A DNA stretch of 63,961 nt, the filler included, from Thelocarpon superellum (taxonomy: Eukaryota), in the NCBI GenBank assembly GCA_026025795.1. It is 7 parts of 7 records of this genome, joined end to end, with 100 filler letters (N's around TTAATTAATTAA, not from the genome) between each part and the next. Parts side by side here need not be neighbours in the genome. Positions count along the whole stretch, not along the records: positions 29,812 to 39,633 come from JAPEUG010000553.1; positions 39,734 to 49,541 come from JAPEUG010000554.1; 5 more parts are not named here. The stretch is one strand, 5' to 3'. A program made the translations under genes and the position numbers. Below the pieces are notes generated by a model, which saw only the letters and a list, made by a program, of their open reading frames with translations, had not been told where the DNA came from and searched no databases. Below, in pieces: positions 36,433 through 48,346 of this stretch; within the stretch, counting starts at the first letter, position 1; the number at the start of each line of letters is the position of its first letter.

Positions 36433-37603
36433 CGTGACGGTGATTGCGAGTTTGAGATACTTGAAGGGATGCGTGGGGCAAGATTGATAATTTGACAATT
36501 TGGACAGCAAGCTGGAAAAGGTCGAGGCGGAGCAGTTATCGAGCCAGCAGACACGCTTATCCTTATCTTCTCTGAACATCATCCAAACGTGTGTAGCCAG
36601 GAAGGGAAAGAGTTGGAGAGCATACGGCTGAGGATCTGATCGACCGAATGCGCCGACAAGCCTGGCACCTACTCACATGACATGTTGCAGATGGGAAGAA
36701 GTGCACGAATCCCTCCACTGGCGAGCGTTCGCTTCATGCTTCTCCACACGGAGCTGCTTGGCAGGGAAGGATAAGTCAACATGTTCCGAGGGTAGAAGGA
36801 CGGTGTTCCTGAGTGAGGAAGGTCTGCTGAACACAACGCGTCTTCATTAGACCTGGACCTGTTGTGCTGGGGCCGGGTCCGCATCGTGTCGAGGTCCACT
36901 CGTGTCATAGCGTATCACATGCCGAAGGAAAAAGGGCCTCATTGCCAAGCAAAATCATGGTTCTAAGTGGAGTCGGCAGGTGGATGTCAATTTTGGTGCC
37001 ATGATCTGATCCATGACCCTCAAAGAACTGCATATGACAGACAAGATACCAAGACAGATGTCGCTCCATCCTACTCATGATTACTCGTGGGCTTTGGATG
37101 ACATTCGTCGAGCGTTGTCAAACTGTGTTGTTGGATGAAACTACGCACGCGGTGCACCGAGGATCTCGGGGATGAGGCACGGAGGATTTCGTATGCGCGC
37201 GATCTTTGTCACGTGGTGAGACGCATCTCAAAGCCCGTAGTTATGGCGTGTTCGTTGCTGGGCTCCGACGTGGAAGACTCATTTCTACCAACCATCTTAA
37301 CTTCTTTTTACATACTTAGTCAGGTCGCATGAAATAGTCTGTCGCGGAACCGATCAACATCAATCTCGATTTGGCAGTGCCTGTCCGCTCATCTTGCTGG
37401 ATTGATGTCATCGCACACCAACTCTAGGAGCGTTGTCGTAACGTCGCGTTCTGCTACATGATGATCTGGAGACTCAGACGGCTATCATGTCTGTCCGATA
37501 CTGACCATCCTTTGTGCTGTTCCGCTGAGCTCTGTCGCAATTGGAACGTCGGCACAATGGCCCCTTCTCCATGTTCGCCTCGTACGCCAGTATTCCCCGG
37601 TCA

Positions 37604-38227
37604 TCATCGACCTTTCGAGGCCTGTTGTGAAGCTTCTGCGGACATCCAATATGCCAACTTAGCGGAGCCTTCATAGAATCCCCTTTGGGCGATGGACAGC
37701 CACGTACCTCTCCTGGTCGCATCCTCCAGTAAGGCTGTGTCCACTGCGCTCCCCGGGAGATGCACGTAGCGAACCACGCTCCCTCTAATGAAGACGTTCT
37801 TGACCGATGACTACAGGCAGCGTAGGATCATTAGCCATGGTGACTCCTCGTAGGGCTCCCGCTTGTCGCCCGCGGTTGCATGCAGTGAGGTGGATCGGGA
37901 AATGGAAGAGCAGAAGGCCCATCCGACGCACCAGATGCGGATACTTCAGCTCCTCGACGACCTGGATATCGTCGAGTTTGATGTTGAGATACTGATCTAC
38001 GCTCTTGAGCGTTCCGCGAATGGAAATGTCGTTTTTGAGCTCGACCGTAACCTCGTGGTCCACGAGCGTCTTGAAGAAGCTGTACACCCGACCGATCAGC
38101 CAAGCCGCACCGAATGATCAGGGAGCAAGTGCAGGATGCCCGAGCGAGCGAACATGGAAGTGGCTCCGCGAAGTGGGGTGCGGCTGGAATGATCGTCGCC
38201 AGGGATGGCATACCTGAAAAACAACAT
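37604..38227 (-). CDS. LSM2: U6 snRNA-associated Sm-like protein Lsm2 (4 exons)
   Basis: Spliced product MLFFSFFKTLVDHEVTVELKNDISIRGTLKSVDQYLNIKLDDI..YPHLSSVKNVFIRGSVVRYVHLP..LLEDATRREASQQASKGR*. Confidence 0.96.
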
Positions 38228-38575
38228 GGCCGCGTTTGCGGGCCCTTGTTGGGCCGAGACCTAGCAAATGTAACGTGGAGAGATGCTGGTAAACTAGCGA
38301 GCAGATTCCCTGTTGTGCCGTTGCGTCGTGTGGAGCAGAAGGCGGGATTCGTGTGGGACATGGATCGATGGCGGACGAAGTTTCGGTAAGAGGCATCCTG
38401 GTCGCCAACTTCGCCGATCATTGTCAAAGAATCAACTACTGGACTACACTTTCACACGAGAGATATCGCTGTCCATTTTCTTTGCAAACCATGCCTACAA
38501 TCGCTCGGACAAGACCCCATGATTCCAGAAATACAAGGCCATACTCGAGAATCACGACCCAAGATCACACCACGG

Positions 38576-39633
38576 CTACATCGGTATTCCCAGCCCCATC
38601 TCGGTACGCTTGCTAAAGATCTCCTCCGGCACCCGGTTCGAGGCGAGAGTTGGGCTACTCCGGTTCGTCCATGATCGAGAGACGGTCGAGGGTGTACATT
38701 GTGTGTAGTGGAGTGGGACGGTATGGACTTCGATACTGTCTGCTTCAAAGATAGTATCGAGGTTGGGCTGCGGGCCGGAGCCCGGTGGAAGGGCCGGGCC
38801 TGGTAGGATCTGGCCGTCCAACGGCTCCGAGGGCATCACGGGCGAATGGTACATCTGCCCATTGGTATTGATCGCCGGTTTGTAGATGGATGAGGTCGAC
38901 GTCTCGGACTGGCCTCCGGGTGAGACTAGACGCTAGTGGGTCAGCTGGACAGCGTTCACGCGGCGGAGCGGGGGATAACACCAACCTGTACTCGAACTCT
39001 GCGGTGTCTTTAGTGCTTCATACATGTCTCCCACTGTTCGGTCTGGGGGGAAAGATTGCGTCGCCTTGGGATGGTTCGACCGCCGAGCCACCTTTCGTGC
39101 CCTCCGCCGCCAGATGGCCAAGGCCAAGGCGACCAGACCGATCACACCGGCAGCACCAATGACTCCGCCAGCGACCGCGGGCGCGTTTGGCTGCCGCGAG
39201 GCCGAGACAGCAGTCGACGTAGCGCTCGACGTCGTCGTGGGCGGAGCGGTCGAGGTCGACGTTGAGGTCGATGATGTGGTCGTAGTATTTGCCGCCGTCG
39301 ATCCTAGGCCGGCAGCCAGCAGGTCGTGCGAGGGACAACCGATCCCATTACAGGGATTGCTTTTGCAGCAGCCCTGAAAGGTGGGAAGCTGGGCAGCGCA
39401 CGTCCACCACAAGCCGCCATTCGGGCATGAGTGGCTCGGGGCAAATGCTGCGTTTGCTCCCAACTCAGCAGGCTCCAGGTCGCCCGCCGGACAGCCGACG
39501 CCATTGCATGGATTGCTTTTGCAGCATCCAAGGTAGGAGGGGTTCTGGTCCGCGCAGGAATACCAGAGGCTGCTGTTTGGACAGGCCGCAACAGTATCCT
39601 GTCGTCGATCCACGCCTGGCATCCTGGCAGGAT
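38576..39633 (-). CDS. Single-pass membrane protein with tandem Cys-rich extracellular repeats, S/T stalk and cytoplasmic tail; 5'-truncated
   Basis: Two repeats CPNxxLWxxC..GCCKSNPCNGxGCP, Thr/Ser tract, TM VAGGVIGAAGVIGLVALALAIW followed by RRR. A probable intron near 38933-38985 leads into ORF 38576-38854. Confidence 0.75.
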
Positions 39634-39733
39634 NNNNNNNNNNNNNNNNNNNNNNNNNNNNNNNNNNNNNNNNNNNNTTAATTAATTAANNNNNNNNNNN
39701 NNNNNNNNNNNNNNNNNNNNNNNNNNNNNNNNN
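39634..39733. other. Artificial contig linker
   Basis: N44-TTAATTAATTAA-N44. Confidence 0.99.
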
Positions 39734-40731
39734 CCGAGGGTCTTCGGACGGTTTCAGCGTCACAAGCTGATCGCTAACTACTTCCACGCTATCCCTTCGA
39801 CCCCTGGATCGCTGACGGCGGCCGGTGGCGTTTCTCCACGGCGCCTGTGCTAGTTGCAGCCGGCAGGTACTGTCGGCCCCCCGAGAGCAAGGTCCAATAT
39901 ACTCGTTGCAGCCTCGGGAACCCTATCGAAGCCTACCGGCCCAGGCGAGTCGAAGAGATCGGTCCGTGTAGCCAGTACGAGCTCGAGCCATCAGCAACGA
40001 GTACAGGGGATGAACGGTAGCATCTTATCGTAGTCGCATCATTCGATGGATAGCATGTCCTTCTTCCTCCTCCTATAATCCTGGCCACCGTCGGTCTCCA
40101 TTAGCGTCAATGACCGGACTACTTGGTCCCATCGATGACGGATTATGAGCGGGTTGCTCTCACGTACTCCTCTTCCATCGGTCATCTGCACGTTTTTGCC
40201 TTGGCCCGACCAGCTATCGCCGATGGATTCGTATGCAATGGTCTGTCGTTGTCTTGGATGCAATGCCGCAAGGAAAAGAGCGTGCGCTTTCCATTTCTCT
40301 GGCAGGATCACCCTGGGAGGGGTGGCGTTTTCCCACGCCGATGGCCCTCCGTAGCGGTGGTGTGCTTAACCCGAAGTACCTGTACCTAGTGATTCGCTCA
40401 GATGGAGGTTGTGCGGCGGTATCAGTACGAGAATACGGAGGCTGGGCTAAGCCGCGGGTCAAAACCGCCCGGACGCCACGCTCAATGCAATGTCGCCCAT
40501 CCCGGCGGTTGGCGATCATGATCGCCCTAATGTAACAGTAACGACCTGCTCTACGAGTGCCACCACGTTCTTTTCCAGTTACGACGCCCGCAGGCTCATG
40601 ACATGACCCTCGCGACAGGCGACGTGCATTTACAGGGTACATAAGTTGGGCTATGCGCGGGCAGAGGGGCCGTGGAAGAGCTGGAGTCGCCGTCTGAGCC
40701 TTGACCTTGACCCCGACCGGTGCCGGGGACG

Positions 40732-41327
40732 ATGCCGCCAACGACGCCGTCGTACATGCCCCACCCCCAACCCAGCGCCGCGGACCATCCGAGTACGTCT
40801 ATGAACGGCACAGTGTCCGTCTTGAAGGTGCGTGATCATCGCCGACACTGAATGTTCGCGATGATGTTTACCAGACATAGACGGTTCTCGTACCCGCGTT
40901 CATATCACTCGCCATCTACCTGCTCTTTTCTTACCTGATCCTGCCATGGTGCAAGCGACACCGGCATCGATATGACCAGTACCTCCCTTTGGACCGCCTC
41001 TCGAGCCAGACTACGTCCTTGCAACAACGCCTTTCTGATGCGGCCATAACCCTGTTGATGCCCTCGTCATGGGCGCGTGACCGCCACCACCGGATGATGG
41101 ATGGATTGGATCCTACGACGGATGATGACAACAGCAGTCTCTTCGATGATACAGAAGGCGAACATATGGTGGGCTTCGAGATCCATTCGCGACGGCGAGA
41201 GGCCCTAGACTTCCCCAGTCACGAGACTGCTGGGGAATCACGACGGTTGAGTCGTGACTTGGAAGAAGGGTTTCGGGATGACAGCGACGACAACGATGAC
41301 GGCGAGGCCAACGACACCAACCGCTAG
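40732..41327 (+). CDS. Small single-TM uncharacterised fungal protein; intron 40828-40880; start uncertain (40732, 40756 or 40801)
   Basis: Splicing gives MNGTVSVLKTVLVPAFISLAIYLLFSYLILPW..RYDQYLPLD..RRLSRDLEEGFRDDSD: TM followed by a basic patch and an acidic tail. Confidence 0.75.
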
Positions 41328-43391
41328 CAGGACGACGAATCACCGCGCGCGGTTTCATCATCCACTATTCCTTACGCATGCATCTTATGGATAAATGGGG
41401 GCGTTGTTCCAGATCGTTTGGATACATGGTTGCTGGAGTCGTGAGGTTTTCAATATCACCCTCGCCGAGCCAACCATACAGTTACCAGTACTTCGGAGTC
41501 GTCATCGGTCATCCGTAAACGGCTTCGTTAATACATGGCATATGCCGACCGAGTCCGCCTTACATCTCTCTCGTCAGCACTTGTCTGACTCAGAGCAAGG
41601 CGAGATGTGCACGGCCTAGCTAGGGCTGCCGTCGTGCCTCCGGAGCAACTTATGCTGTTGGGAAGGTCTCTTAGATGCAATCTACTTGTGCATAGGAAAC
41701 GCACGTCCGTGGGGTACATTGGCACAATGGCACTTGTATATTGCCCGCCTGGCAGTGGCAAGCGCACCGCCACAATCCTGAGCCTCCTTTCGTCTCCCGT
41801 CGTTGCGATTAAATTGATCGAGTCATAGACGAGTAACTGCGAGTGTAGTTGGCAGAAGTATCGCATCAGCAGCCTCATCCAGTTGCCGAGCTCTTCCGAG
41901 AAACCCGTGGTAGTCGAGCAATGTTTCCAGCAGAATGCAAACAGGTAGCCAGAGGCCTCATCCTCCGGTGCAACCTCATGACTGGGCCCCACTACGACCG
42001 GCTCCTCGCGGTCAGGCCATTCGACTACTAGCCGCTAACCGGGACGCCAGTGACCGGCATGTTAATTGGGCGGATGACTCCATGCCGATGCTCAGCCACC
42101 ATCTGGCAGAATGCCTGGCGCCAAACAAATGGTTATTCTGGTGTGAGCGCGTCTCGAGCCAGGCTGACGATGAGTCCTCGGGCAAAGATGACTCGCTTAT
42201 GGATGAGGAGAGCATGGCACTGCTCGCAGGCGACTGGCTGACCGGATGGCTCCGGTAGGGAACTGGGTTGGCCCCATGTTCAGCCCACATATGCTCCCGC
42301 CAGGAATCGCACCACGTCTAGTTCGCGCCCACAGGCCTGATGACCGGGCATCGTCGAGATTTCCACGGGCAGCCGCGTCGAGGCTCAAGCTGAGGTTGCA
42401 TCATAGCCTCGAAGCATGATTGTCGCGTGCGCCACGAGTGCGAGCGGAACAGGGGATGATCACCTGTATGACTCCACAGCCCTGCAGTAGAAGCCCGCAT
42501 GGAAGGCCGCCAGAAGCGTAACCTGTGTCCCCCACCTCCTGGCTCACTAACTCTCCCAGAGTTCGGCGCCCCTGGTGAAGCCAGGACGACAAGCTCCTGC
42601 TCTCATCACTCGCCCTTCCTGTACTCGTACGCGTACCCGGTCCTTTGCCTTCTACCTTCAGATGGTCATACCACTGGAATTACGCAAGTGGGAGCTCCTA
42701 AACGAGGCACTACATGACCGCGATGACACTCTTGCTGAGGGCATATCTATCTTAAGAATCGACACGACAAGGCGTTTCTAGGTCGCACGGATTTGTTTTC
42801 CGACCCCATCTCCATTGTCCTCCCATTATCTCCGGAGGTCGTAGACAATGTTCCGTAACGGCCGAAGCTACCAGAAACGGCCCGGTAGTTTCACGCGTAG
42901 ACGGGCACACGGCAAAACACAGGCCACCACCCCGGTTCCCGCATAGCGTGTGGCCCTACTCCGTGCGCCTCATCTATTGTGGCTGAAGACCAGGGCCCGA
43001 GGGCTATATCGAGTCATCCGTGTCGGCGCGCCGATGGCCTTAGCGTTGCTGAAGGGCCTGCGGTGTTCGACGCAGGGTCTCGGCGTGCCGAAATGACGAC
43101 ATTGTGGATAGGAGGCGGGTCTCGCTTTCATCGCTCCACCGGTCCGTTCCGTCAGCGGGCAGTGATGGGTGATGGAGGGGGGGCAGCATCGGAGTAGGCG
43201 ACCGGGAACACAAGGTACTGACATAGATGGAACAAGCGGGAAACGGTGGTGCCTGTCTGCTAGGCAGGGCAGGCCGGGTAGGCATCCGCCCAGGCGCCCA
43301 GGCAGGGCTTATCTTGTGCTTTGTGCGTCTCATGTCACTTTTCTTCTCTGGCGCCGCCGTTGTCTTTCTGTTATAGACTTGCAGCATTTCA

Positions 43392-43397
43392 TATAAA
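43392..43397 (+). promoter_or_regulatory. Candidate TATA box of the micro-ORF transcript
   Basis: CATATAAAG followed by a CA/CT-rich leader-like tract. Confidence 0.55.
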
Positions 43398-43680
43398 GTC
43401 AATGGCTGCTTGCCTTGCATGCCCTCCCACATCCACATGCTCTATCACACCCACAAATCTATCACGGCCATCCACACTCGTCTCCTCTCTCACACGTCCA
43501 CACGTCCATACATCACCATCTCCATCCAGAGACCTCTGGACACCAACGAGCCTGAAGAATTGAAATCTTTTCTCGACAACAGGACACAGGGCAAAGCTCC
43601 GCACCACACGTGAGCCCAAATCTGCTCGAGCTCGACCAATTATCGTCTCATCGCATTAAGCAGCCTTTGAGCTCGACACC

Positions 43681-43707
43681 ATGATGGGCCGCGGCGGATA
43701 CAACTGA
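43681..43707 (+). CDS. Candidate micropeptide MMGRGGYN
   Basis: First ATG after an ATG-free leader (43441-43680) that contains a candidate intron 43610-43663 (GTGAGC..CAG). Start context CACC-ATG. Confidence 0.55.
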   Translation: MMGRGGYN

Positions 43708-44115
43708 AGGAAGCGACTGCATCGCCACCTCTGCTCAGCATCGATTCCGCACTTCTCCGATGGGTCACGGCGGAAGATATTGAGCGGCGAGAGAATATTG
43801 GGCTTGAACTGGAGGGTCTCACCCTCCCGGACCAAGGAGGAATATCGCTATGCTAGCTGAAAGCGTCGAGACGAGTCGGGACGAGCGTGCGCTACGTATC
43901 GCCCGAGATCATAGGGCAGTGACAAGCACCACACAGCAGAAGTTGGACAAAAGCTGGACAGCCATGTGGCAGGTCAGGAGAGGAGACAGAGTGGACTTTG
44001 GCGAGACGGGATCAAGCGAGAGGAATATCGAGTCAGCAAGAGAACACGGACCTCATCAGACAGGAGGAGGAAGCGCGGAGTCAATTCATGAGAAAGTCAA
44101 TGAGAGCGTGAACGG

Positions 44116-46106
44116 TCACTTCCCAACGCAGAACCTATCACATTGTGAACCGGTCAGTCAAGACACCATCAACGCCAGCGTAGAGGCCCTCACTTTTCAA
44201 ACACCACGCCGAGCACGGCTTCCACGTCGCCCGCCTCTCCCTTCCCCGTGATTTTCCCCAGGCTGGACGCTGCAGCGCGCAGACTCTCCGCGGCGACCAC
44301 CACGTCAAGGTCGTCGTTAGAATGTCCCAATTGGTCACTTGACGCGCGAGTGATGGTCGAGAAAGTCTGCAGGTGTGCCAAGCACTCGTCGAGGAGAAGT
44401 CGCTGCCGCTCGGTTGCACCAAGCGAGGCTTCCCACATTGACCGATCAGTCGGCACTACCGCCTGGTCTCCGGAGGCGGTGGGCAGAAGCGGGTCCGTCA
44501 TCTCCTGGAACTTCTCCACAAGCCCAGCTAAGAGCGTTTGGATTCCTCTGGCGTCTGCCCTGGCTTCTGAGGGCCCCACATTCGCTTTACATGACACGCC
44601 GAAGATGCTCTTGCGTGAGAGATGGGCAACTGACGCCATGAGGGCCGGTGCCCACTCTTTCGACATTCTTGTTGAGGCGTCATCCACTCGGTCGAGTTTG
44701 TTAACGACGGCCACCACATTTCCGGTCCGTCGGTTGATCTTTGCAGCGGCTTCCAGCACATCCGCATCCACGCGTAGGTGAAAGGCTTGGCCATCGAGGT
44801 CTGGCTCCACGGAGCACATGAGGATCACGACGTCCGACTCGGCCGCTCGTTCTTTGGCACGCTGGATCCCTTCGTGCTCCACCAACCCGACGGGGGCGAT
44901 CTCACGCGACCCTGCGAGCTCTTCAATGCGATCTTTGGCAAGCGTGCGTCGTATGCCGGCCATGTCCGCGAGTCGGCAATACCAGCCGTCAATGTCCACG
45001 CCGATCTCGATGACGTCCCTGGTGGTGCCAGCTTCTGTGCTGACGATGGCGGCCTCGCGACCAACGATACGGTTCAACAGCGAGCTCTTCCCGACATTGG
45101 GGGCCCCCAGTAAAGAGATGCTGAGCCCGTTGCGTCGCAGCTCTCCTCGCATGGCGTTGGCCCTGAAGGTCTCGATCTGGGCTGCCAGCGCCTGAACTTG
45201 CATCGCCACGGAAGACGTCAGGCTGGTCGGAGTCTCATCGAAGTGCTGATCCTCGGAGAAATCGATGAGTGCCTCCAGCTCGCCGCGAGCCTGTAGCAGC
45301 TGATGACGCCAGGCTTCATACTGTCGCGCCAGGGCTCCCGATGTCCCGCGCACCGAGAGACGGCGTTGTTGCTCGGTTTCGGCGGCAAGAGAATCACCCA
45401 GGGCCTCGATCTGCGTCACGTCCAGGCGGTTATGAAAGAAGGCTCGCCGGGTGAATTCTCCCGGCTCCGCATAATGGATCCGGCCTGTGGCAGAGGTGGT
45501 GCAACGAGGGATGGCGGCGAGCACGGCTTTGATAGTGGCAGATCCTCCGTGCACATGAAGCTCAAGAACCTCCTCGCCCGTGACGGTATTCGGCGCCGGA
45601 AAATAAAGGACCAACGCTGCGCTATCAAGGATGGTGTCGGCCGTGGGAGGGACAGAAGGTTCATGGAGCGTCCGGACCGCGGCTACACGGGGCTTGGGGA
45701 GGGACCGGTTGGGGCACAGCAGGTAGTATATCTATAATTCAGAGATCAGATATGATTCATATTGATGCTATCTTCGTCCCTTGGCGCTCACGTCTCGACA
45801 TGCTGGGCCTGAGATACGAATCACGGCAATCGCGGCTCGACCAGGGGCGGAGGAGAGGGCATAGATGGTAGACGCGGGAGCATCATGGCTGAGAACTCTG
45901 GACAGGCCGTTGCCCGGTGGGACACGCCTGGAGGCATGGGTGGTCCTTCGAATGGGCTGCGCGGTGGGACTCAATTGAGCGGGAACCAATTGACTTCTGC
46001 AAAGCCTGCTCGGCGCTGCTAACGACGGCCATCGAAGACCGCCAACAAGTCTAGTCTGAATACCATGGCGCGAGATGCTCCCTGTGGAAGGGAAACGGCA
46101 TGGCAT
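44116..46106 (-). CDS. MSS1: Mitochondrial tRNA-modification GTPase Mss1/MnmE; introns 45732-45791 and 44135-44193
   Basis: TIYALSSAPGRAAIAVIRISG, ELHVHGG, AEPGEFTRRAF, GAPNVGKSSLLN, GTTRDVI, NKLD, and spliced C-terminal FCVGK*. Confidence 0.96.
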
Positions 46107-46431
46107 GGACAGCTAGACAGGTCGCGCTGTCGGGGTCAGATGTCTGCACTTGATGAGGTCGCTCACAGCATATCTTGCACGGTGGCTCGCCTCAGTGGGT
46201 GAAAAGCTTCAGGCGACAAGCTCCAGGCGGCGACGATGGTTCCGGAGGCTCGACCGGGCAACTCTACACGCGATGTCGTCGTTCGCCGGGAACTATTGCC
46301 GACTCCACCAGAAATTCGTAGATTTGTGCGCCAACGAACGCCAGTCGTCCGGCCCAGTCACTCTTTCATATCCTGGCTGACCGCGGGTCCGGACAAGCCA
46401 GTCTCAACTACGCTGAGCTAGGTCTGCAAGG

Positions 46432-47597
46432 ATGTCGTCCGACGAGATCGTGTGGCAGGTTATCAACCAGCAATTCTGCGCCTTCAAACTCAAGTAAGTT
46501 GATCGATCCGCCCGGGCAACACTCGTCCAGCTGACTTGAAATGCTAGAACGACGAAAGATCAAACCTTCTGTCGCAATGAGTACAATGTTACCGGCCTCT
46601 GCAATCGGCAATCCTGTCCCCTGGCCAATTCTCGCTATGCCACAATCCGCGCCGACCCGACTACGGGCACGCTCTATCTCTACATGAAAACGATTGAGCG
46701 GGCGCACATGCCGTCGAAGCTGTGGGAACGGATCAAGCTGTCACAGCACTATGCGCGCGCCCTCGAGCAAATCGACGAGCGACTCATCTACTGGCCGAAA
46801 TTCCTGATTCACAAATGCAAGCAACGCCTGACCCGACTGACCCAAGTGGCCATCCGCACCCGGCGGCTGGCGCGGGAGGAAGAGCGGCTCGGGGAGAGAC
46901 TGGTGCCAAAGTTGGCCCCCAAGGTCCGACGAAAGGAGGAGACCCGCGAGCGGAAAGCCGAAGCGGCGGCCAAGGTAGAGCGCGCCATCGAGCGTGAGCT
47001 CATCGAACGATTACGTAGCGGCGCATACGGTGATCGACCACTGAACGTGGAAGAGGGAGTATGGAAGAAGGTGCTGCGAGGTCTGGAGCGTGCGGGGGAG
47101 GGTACGCGAGACGAAGACCTAGATGAAGGAGTCGAGGAAGAGGAGGAGCTCGAAAAGGAGCTGGAGATGGAAGAGGAGGGCGTGGGAGACATCGAGTACG
47201 TCAGCGATCTCGAAGGCGAGGACGATGATCTCGAGGATCTCCAGTCTCTGCTGGGCGAAGACGAGGATGGGGACATCAACGATGCGGCTGAGGACGAGGA
47301 TGAGGATGAGGATGAGGATGAGGCCGAGGGCGATGATGTGGACGAAGAAGATCAGGACGAGGATGAGAGCGATGACGAGAGCGGTGACTCTACTGTCGAC
47401 GCGGGGCCAAAGAAGGACGAGGCAGGCATCAAGCGGAAGAGAGGCAACGAGCCTCCGCCCAAAGCCAAGAAGAGAGGCAAGGTCCCTGTTTGTGGTTTGT
47501 CTGGTCACTCTACTAACCAAATGCAGCGTCACGTGTGGAGATTGAGTACGAGCTGGAGCACGATGTTGCGCCTCGTGAAGGCGTTTATGCGCAGTGA
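46432..47597 (+). CDS. MAK16: Ribosome biogenesis protein Mak16; introns 46494-46547 and 47477-47526 (GC-AG)
   Basis: [64 protein letters not shown], acidic tract, C-terminal VEIEYE. Confidence 0.96.
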
Positions 47598-48346
47598 CGG
47601 ACGGACTCGACTAGAACTGAGGTTGGCAACGTCTGAGACATGGCTATGAGTCATATCACACCGAAATTCATCAAATCAATGGCGTGGCGCTCATCGTACA
47701 ATGAAGGTGTAAACGTCTGAGCCTACGCGTGATGCAGGCCCCCAAGGTGACCCACTCCTGATTAAGACACATTGAACACATTCGCCGGATATTGGAAATT
47801 AAAAATCGGAAACTGAAAATGAAGAAGGAGTTTATTCCCACGCACGACCTTTCACTGACGACTACGTCTGTCGAGCGCGGATGATCCGATAATATTCCTG
47901 CCCATTGTTCCGTGTACCGTCGCCGGAGCGAAGTTGACAGCGGGTCACTTGTAGAGGTGGGGGACGAGGAGGAAAATAAGGAAAATACGAGGCTACTCGT
48001 ACTGCGTCCCAGAACTTTTGACGGCGAACTGCCCCACTACTATGACGAATGCGAGCCTGACACAGAATTGATTACTACTGGTAGTCCAGTAGTCCATACT
48101 GTGGCAGGCTCGCATTCGTCATCCCCTCACGATCGGGCAGCTCACCTATCGCCAATGCCACCTGCCACGAACCCCCCCTCTGTGACCAATGGACCTCTCA
48201 GACCCCACCGCACGATGCATGTCCGCCGGCTATGATCTCATTTGAGCCCAGATAGTGAGATATAATCCCGACCCGGGCCTCGTGATCGACGTTGACGGTC
48301 CGTCGCAGCACTTCGGTCTCGGTGGGTCGAGGCTTGTCCGCGCAGC

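Noticed and set aside
39985..40050. Minus-strand ATGATGC...CTGA as a C/D box snoRNA
   Set aside because: Imperfect C box and no rRNA complementarity that I could identify.
43850..44251. 133-aa plus-strand ORF downstream of the micro-ORF
   Set aside because: No motif, overlaps the MSS1 3' end in antisense, and lies behind a good-context upstream ATG; more likely 3' UTR, though not excluded.
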